From positions 1 to 41,734 of the IMG/VR virus record IMGVR_UViG_3300017777_004807: a stretch of DNA of 41,734 nt. One strand, given 5' to 3'. The stretch comes from a virus (lineage: Duplodnaviria; Caudoviricetes). The translations under genes were made by a program, and so were the position numbers. Under the pieces are notes generated by a model that ran no database searches, was not told the DNA's origin, and saw only the letters and a program-made list of their open reading frames with translations. The first letter of the stretch is position 1, and every line of letters starts with the position of its first letter. Below, in pieces: positions 36,865 through 41,734 of this stretch.

Positions 36865-39800
36865 ATGCCACCAAATAATAAAAAGAACATCAAGAATTCT
36901 GATTCACCTTTGTTCAAAAGACTAACTAGATTATTTTCAGGTCCAATCGTTAATTATAATCATCAGATTCAAAGTAGATACAGACGGGACCAGATAGATA
37001 AATATGAACAAACATTTGAATCTGCCCAAGGATTAGACTTTAAAAAGAACGCTTACAATCCTTATGAGAGTTTTTCATCAAAAATGATGGGAACTCACAA
37101 TCGCAACGAGCGTTATGTTGATTTTGAACAAATGGAATTTACTCCTGAGCTTGCTTCTGCTTTGGATATTTTTGCAGATGAAATGACTACAACTAATGAT
37201 TTAACTCCTATGTTATCGATCAAATGTTCAAACGAAGAAATAAAATCTATTCTTCACAATTTATACACTAAAACTTTGAATCTTGAATCCAATCTTTATA
37301 GTTGGAGCCGCAATATGTGTAAATTTGGAGATTACTTCCTGTATTTAGATATTGATGACAAGCTTGGAATAAAATCAGCCATTGGTCTTCCTTCAAACCA
37401 AGTAGAAAGGTTGGAAGGGGAGGACAAAACAAATCCAAATTATGTCCAGTTTCAATGGAATGCTGGCGGAATGACATTTGAGAACTGGCAAATATCACAT
37501 TTTAGAATACTTGGGAATGATAAATTCGCTCCATATGGCACTTCAATATTAGATCCAGCCAGAAGAATTTGGAGACAATTATGTATTGCTAAGGGAGAAA
37601 ATGTTTTAACTCCTTTTGGATATATTCCTATTGAGAAAATTAAATCAGGAGATATTGTCTATTGTTACGATCCAGAAACAAAAGAAACGAAAGAAACCTC
37701 TGTTGTTGCTCAAAAATACATGGGCAAACAAGAAATATATAAACTTTCAACAAATCATCGTACCATCAGTGTCACCGATAAACATGGAATGCTTGTATTA
37801 GATTCTAAAACAAACGAATTTGTTTATAAGCAAGCAAAAGAAATTGTTATCGGTAAAGATAAGATCCCACTAGCTGTAGTAAAAGACGGACAAGATGTTA
37901 TCAAATTAGTAGTCGATACTAATCAAAGCGTTTCTTTAAAAGCTAAATTTGAATATAATAAAGAAAATATCATGGAAACCATTAGAAATGGAAATTTTGA
38001 TTATTCTGATAAAAATATTCATGCCTTTTTGAACGGGCACAAAAGAATTCCTTGTGATGAATGGACAAAGGTTTCTTCTTGCTTTGGCATTTCATCAAAC
38101 AAAGCTACATTTTGGCACTTTAATAGCAAAAAACCTTCTATAGTTTCAGGGGACGGAACATATACCATCGATAAGAAGTTTGCTCGCTTATTCGGATTTT
38201 TACTTGGTGACGGATGGTTGGGGAACAACAGGGTTGGTTTCGCTGATGGTATTGAGGAAGAGCAAAATAGCTTTTATAGAAATTTGCTGGAAGATTTATC
38301 TCAATCAAACGCTCACATTACTCCTCCACCAAAAGGGTCCAGAGGTGGTCAGTCAAATGTATTTTCGCAAGAATTTAAACAAATCTTAGAAGCATCAGGT
38401 TTTGAAACTGGAGCTTTAAATAAGAAAGTTCCTGAATGGATTTATTCTATGGATATTGAGAGTAGAAGAGAATTTATTCGTGGCTATTTCGATGCAGATG
38501 GAGGTTATAGTGATGGCAGAGTAACATCAATAAGTTACCGCTTATTGGATGGTATAAGAGAAATTGCAATGATGTCTGGTATTCCTTGTAATTCGATCAT
38601 AAAAAATCGCAACGAAGGTCTATACACTGACGGTTCATATCGTCAAACGTCATATAGAACTTACTTAAATATGGACGAAGAACAATGGTATAACGAAACT
38701 ACTCTTGAAAAAGTATTGAGCTTTGAGTTCGTTGGAGAAGATGACACCTATGATATTCAAGTTGAAGATGAACTTCATAATTTTATTGTAAGTGGAATGG
38801 TATCTCATAATACTCTTCTTGAAGATGCTATGATGGCATATAGAATTACACGTTCTCCGGAAAGAAAAGTATTTTATGTTGATGTTGGAAATATTCCTCC
38901 GCAAGATGTAGAACAATATATGCAAAAAGTTATGACTTCCATGAAGCGTAACCAAATTGTGGATAACAATACCGGCAGAGTTGATTTAAGATACAATCCA
39001 TTGTCAGTAGATGAAGATTATTTTATTCCAGTGAAAGGAGCAGTCAACAATACAAAAATAGAGTCACTTCCGGGTGGTCAATTTACTTCCGCAATCGAAG
39101 ATATTAAATATTTAAGAGATAAATTGTTTGCTGCAATCAAAATTCCTATGTCTTATCTTGTAAGAGGGGACGGAGCATCCGAAGATAAAGCGACATTAGC
39201 CCAAAAAGATATTCGATTTGCAAGAACAATCCAACGGCTACAAAGAGTACTTGTTGGAGAATTAGAAAAGATTGGAATCATTCATTTGTTTACTCTGGGT
39301 TACAGGGGTAACGATCTTATCTCATTTAAACTTTCTTTAAATAATCCTTCAAAGCTTGCTGCACTACAAGAGTTAGAACATTGGAAAGTAAAATTCGATG
39401 TTGCATCTGCTGCTACTGATGGATACTTTTCAAAACGTTGGATATCACAACATATCTTTGGCGTATCTGATGAGGAATTCTTGCGTGTTCAGAGAGAGCA
39501 ATTCTATGACCGTAAGTTTAATGCCGCTCTAGAAGCCGCTGGAGCGCAATCAGAAACTGGGGGTGGTGGTGGTGGTTCTCCTGACTTTGGAGCCGGTGGA
39601 GGTGGGGAAGAGATCCCAGGAGGGCCAGAAGCACCACCACCAGAAGGAGCAGCACCAGAAGGAACAATTCAGCCACCAGATGAAGGAACAACTGAGCCAC
39701 CAGATGAAGGCACTTTGTTGGCAGCACCAGCTAGAAGAAATGATGGCAAACCACAAACAACCACTGCTGCATCTAATGGAAAACTATACACACCAGCTAA

Positions 39801-40062
39801 GTTTAGAGGTGGGGACAAAAGAGATATTGGAGCAAGGGCTAGAAGCTTTAAAGCTTCCGGAGGAGGTTCTACGGCAAGCTCTAGTAGAAGAAATATATAC
39901 CCAGGGCTACAAGACATAAACTCTTTAGCAAATTCTGCTATTTCGGAGAAAGTGGAACCTAATTACAATGATGAAGAGTCAAATATCTTTCAGACTCAAA
40001 ACGATATAAAAATGTTGATTGAAACTTTGGAGTTAAATAAAAATGCAAAAAACAAAGCTTAA
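36865..40062 (+). CDS. Portal protein, T4 gp20-like, intein-containing (1065-aa precursor, ~655 aa spliced)
   Basis: gp20 motifs WRQL/TLLEDAMMAYRITRSPERKVFYVDVGNIPP, EDYFIP, IESLPGG, IEDIKYLRDKLFAAIKIP, DIRFARTIQRLQ; follows terL. Confidence 0.95.
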   Translation: MPPNNKKNIKNSDSPLFKRLTRLFSGPIVNYNHQIQSRYRRDQIDKYEQTFESAQGLDFKKNAYNPYESFSSKMMGTHNRNERYVDFEQMEFTPELASALDIFADEMTTTNDLTPMLSIKCSNEEIKSILHNLYTKTLNLESNLYSWSRNMCKFGDYFLYLDIDDKLGIKSAIGLPSNQVERLEGEDKTNPNYVQFQWNAGGMTFENWQISHFRILGNDKFAPYGTSILDPARRIWRQLCIAKGENVLTPFGYIPIEKIKSGDIVYCYDPETKETKETSVVAQKYMGKQEIYKLSTNHRTISVTDKHGMLVLDSKTNEFVYKQAKEIVIGKDKIPLAVVKDGQDVIKLVVDTNQSVSLKAKFEYNKENIMETIRNGNFDYSDKNIHAFLNGHKRIPCDEWTKVSSCFGISSNKATFWHFNSKKPSIVSGDGTYTIDKKFARLFGFLLGDGWLGNNRVGFADGIEEEQNSFYRNLLEDLSQSNAHITPPPKGSRGGQSNVFSQEFKQILEASGFETGALNKKVPEWIYSMDIESRREFIRGYFDADGGYSDGRVTSISYRLLDGIREIAMMSGIPCNSIIKNRNEGLYTDGSYRQTSYRTYLNMDEEQWYNETTLEKVLSFEFVGEDDTYDIQVEDELHNFIVSGMVSHNTLLEDAMMAYRITRSPERKVFYVDVGNIPPQDVEQYMQKVMTSMKRNQIVDNNTGRVDLRYNPLSVDEDYFIPVKGAVNNTKIESLPGGQFTSAIEDIKYLRDKLFAAIKIPMSYLVRGDGASEDKATLAQKDIRFARTIQRLQRVLVGELEKIGIIHLFTLGYRGNDLISFKLSLNNPSKLAALQELEHWKVKFDVASAATDGYFSKRWISQHIFGVSDEEFLRVQREQFYDRKFNAALEAAGAQSETGGGGGGSPDFGAGGGGEEIPGGPEAPPPEGAAPEGTIQPPDEGTTEPPDEGTLLAAPARRNDGKPQTTTAASNGKLYTPAKFRGGDKRDIGARARSFKASGGGSTASSSRRNIYPGLQDINSLANSAISEKVEPNYNDEESNIFQTQNDIKMLIETLELNKNAKNKA
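37582..38811 (+). mobile_element. Intein with LAGLIDADG homing endonuclease (410 aa, precursor residues 240-649)
   Basis: Block A CIAKGENVLTP, block B VTDKH, LAGLIDADG blocks LFGFLLGDG and FIRGYFDADG, block F TYDIQVEDELHNFIVSG, block G VSHN followed by Thr+1. Removing it restores the contiguous portal motif WRQLTLLEDAM. Confidence 0.95.
39661..39713 (+). repeat. 24-bp tandem repeat (~2.2 copies) in the portal C-terminal low-complexity tail
   Basis: ggaacaattcagccaccagatgaa / ggaacaactgagccaccagatgaa / ggcac, encoding GTIQPPDE GTTEPPDE GT. Confidence 0.85.
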
Positions 40063-40849
40063 ACATAATAAGAAAAGAAATACTGCTTTTCTTTTTGAAT
40101 CTCTTGTAAAGGAGCTTACCAAAGCTGTAATGAATAAGGATCAAAAAACTAAAAATATTGTCCTAACGATACTAAAGGAAAACTTTAGGCTCAATAAGAC
40201 CCTCGGGAGAGAACTAGATATTTATAAATCTTTATATGAAACAAGAGATTTAAATAAAGAAGTTGCATCGAGGATGATCAACGAAGCCAAGAGAGTATAT
40301 TCCAATTTGAATCAACAAACCATTTTTCAAAGTCAAAGTAATGTGATCAACGATGTAAACAAAAAGTTGAGTCCAGCCGTATTTAGCAACTTTATGTCCA
40401 ACTATAAAGATTTGGCAACTATCGCTCAAATCTTTGATCAAGAGATTCCAATGAAAACAAGGGTCTTGCTGGAGCAGTATGTAATTGATTCTATGTCTGA
40501 GATTAATAAAGAAAGTAAATCTTCTATTAAGCCAATAGACAATATTGTTTATAGAGAATTTACTAAGAAATTTAATGATAAATATAGTAATTCCCTTCTA
40601 CCAGAACAGAAAAACTTATTGTCAAAATATATCACTTCGTTTTCAGATAATGAAGTTGATTTTAAAGTTTATTTAAACGAAGAAATAGCAAGAATCAAAG
40701 CTTTGATCAAAGGTTCGAATAAGCTAAATGAGCAAAAGAACCAAGACGAACTAATAAAACTAATTGAGAATTTTAGACATACAGAGATAAATTCTGAAAT
40801 GATTGAGAAAGTTCTTAAATTGCAATCACTAGTGAGAGAAATTGAATAA
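40043..40849 (+). CDS. Head-region hypothetical protein (268 aa)
   Basis: Overlaps the portal 3' end; KHNKKRNTAFLFESL N-terminus; helical and charged. Role inferred from position only. Confidence 0.65.
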   Translation: MQKTKLKHNKKRNTAFLFESLVKELTKAVMNKDQKTKNIVLTILKENFRLNKTLGRELDIYKSLYETRDLNKEVASRMINEAKRVYSNLNQQTIFQSQSNVINDVNKKLSPAVFSNFMSNYKDLATIAQIFDQEIPMKTRVLLEQYVIDSMSEINKESKSSIKPIDNIVYREFTKKFNDKYSNSLLPEQKNLLSKYITSFSDNEVDFKVYLNEEIARIKALIKGSNKLNEQKNQDELIKLIENFRHTEINSEMIEKVLKLQSLVREIE

Positions 40850-41415
40850 TGTCGATTAAGATTAAAATAGCTGGTGAAGATGCAGGGGAATCAGAAAAGA
40901 TTCCACAAGCTACCATTAAGCTTGATATTAGAAAAACTCTTGATGGTAATTTGATTGTTCAAGACCATCCTTATATTGACATTATCATTAATTCAAAAAG
41001 TTCAAAGGTTTTAGTTTTATCAAAGATCGCAATGGATGATAGAACCTATTATACTCAAAACAAGTTTTTTGATTTTTTATACAAACGTGGAGTGATCGAT
41101 CCTGGCACGATTCAAGCTGGAAATATTTATTCTTCAATGGAATGTGTAATTCCACAGAAGATGGATAACGGACCAGATCCGGTAGAGGTTTTGTTGTTAT
41201 CCATACATCTATTTTTAGAACTTGAAAAACCTTCTTTCGAATACGAAGAACGATTAAAACAAAGTCAAGATGAAGAAGTAGTAAATCCAGATACTGAAAA
41301 TTCCACAGAGTTAGGCGAAGTTCCACACAATGCAAGAAAAGGTTCAATGTCAACTTCTGATTTTTCGCAGCATTATGCCCTTTCCTATTTGGGCGAACAA
41401 AAGAAAAAACGCTAA
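40849..41415 (+). CDS. Head-region hypothetical protein (188 aa)
   Basis: TAATG-coupled at both ends; MSIKIKI N-terminus; acidic C-terminal part. Confidence 0.65.
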   Translation: MSIKIKIAGEDAGESEKIPQATIKLDIRKTLDGNLIVQDHPYIDIIINSKSSKVLVLSKIAMDDRTYYTQNKFFDFLYKRGVIDPGTIQAGNIYSSMECVIPQKMDNGPDPVEVLLLSIHLFLELEKPSFEYEERLKQSQDEEVVNPDTENSTELGEVPHNARKGSMSTSDFSQHYALSYLGEQKKKR

Positions 41416-41699
41416 TGGATCTTATTTACTTTATTCTTGCTTGTTACGGATTAACTTCTATACTTCTTTATGGAAGTATCTTTGATAAGATTAGACCAAC
41501 AAGCGGGTTTTTTGGAAAGCTGTTTAGCTGCCAAATGTGTCTAGGTTTTTGGAGTGGGGTTTTCAACTGGTTCTTTATTGATATAGACTGGGGAATATTT
41601 ACAGCAGCTTGCATTTCTTCTGGAACAAGTTATATCTTGTGCTCTATCTTCACAGATTATGGTATAAACTTTATTTTTAACAAAGAAGAAAAGAAATAA
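41415..41699 (+). CDS. Small membrane protein, DUF1360-like
   Basis: Three hydrophobic segments with IFDKIR...KLFSCQMCLGFWSG (CxxC..FW), the pattern I recall for DUF1360. Confidence 0.6.
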   Translation: MDLIYFILACYGLTSILLYGSIFDKIRPTSGFFGKLFSCQMCLGFWSGVFNWFFIDIDWGIFTAACISSGTSYILCSIFTDYGINFIFNKEEKK

Positions 41700-41704
41700 T
41701 AAAA

Positions 41705-41711
41705 CTATTTA
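41705..41711 (+). promoter_or_regulatory. Putative late-promoter motif CTATTTA
   Basis: Intergenic after the last CDS, upstream of ATGs at 41715 and 41722 of a gene that would continue beyond the window. Confidence 0.4.
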
Positions 41712-41734
41712 ATAATGAGGAATGACAATTGATA

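Noticed and set aside
39540-39720. GC-rich repeat patch as a CRISPR array or foreign insertion
   Set aside because: The repeats are in-frame codon repeats of a Gly/Pro/Glu linker without unique spacers.
479-41353. The many short minus-strand and alternate-frame ORFs in the track (e.g. 992..1357, 26358..26717, 30830..31180, 39563..39919, 40988..41353)
   Set aside because: They lie within or across long + strand genes, show no recognisable motifs, and are the expected shadows of coding sequence.
1-41734. Genome-wide stop-codon reassignment, as in some large phages
   Set aside because: Genes are full length under the standard code. TAA, TAG and TGA all end genes at sensible boundaries, and coding density is already near complete.
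1-41734. tRNA, rRNA, structured ncRNA, introns or DGR template/variable repeats
   Set aside because: Intergenic gaps are all under 60 nt. I saw no cloverleaf, reverse transcriptase or long near-identical repeat pair; tRNAscan-SE, Infernal and a self-dotplot would be needed to exclude them formally.

Overview
AT-rich (roughly 30-33% GC by eye), densely coded fragment of a large T4-like myovirus (Caudoviricetes), with all credible genes on the + strand and standard genetic code. Order: two large unknown virion-type proteins; a contractile-tail baseplate module (gp25-like, gp6/baseplate-J-like, DNRLRE-domain protein, a 2884-aa LamG-containing gp7-like protein, and several tail-collar-like and Fn3-like proteins); an embedded DNA-metabolism cassette (RuvC-like resolvase, J-domain protein, primase, atypical protein kinase, single-chain Mre11-Rad50 fusion); a holin/spanin-like lysis cluster; small head-region genes; large terminase; and a T4 gp20-type portal interrupted by a 410-aa LAGLIDADG intein, followed by further head-region genes. 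Two candidate promoter classes are visible. MTAHTTA (M=A/C, H=A/C/T) lies just upstream of many structural genes. CATATGWTATGATGG lies upstream of the primase and Mre11-Rad50 genes. Most interesting: the portal intein, a kinase that may be late-expressed and head-packaged, the Mre11-Rad50 fusion with a CX6C hook, and apparently split tail-collar-like domains. No tRNA, rRNA or CRISPR array was seen. All assignments come from motif recognition by eye, without database searches.
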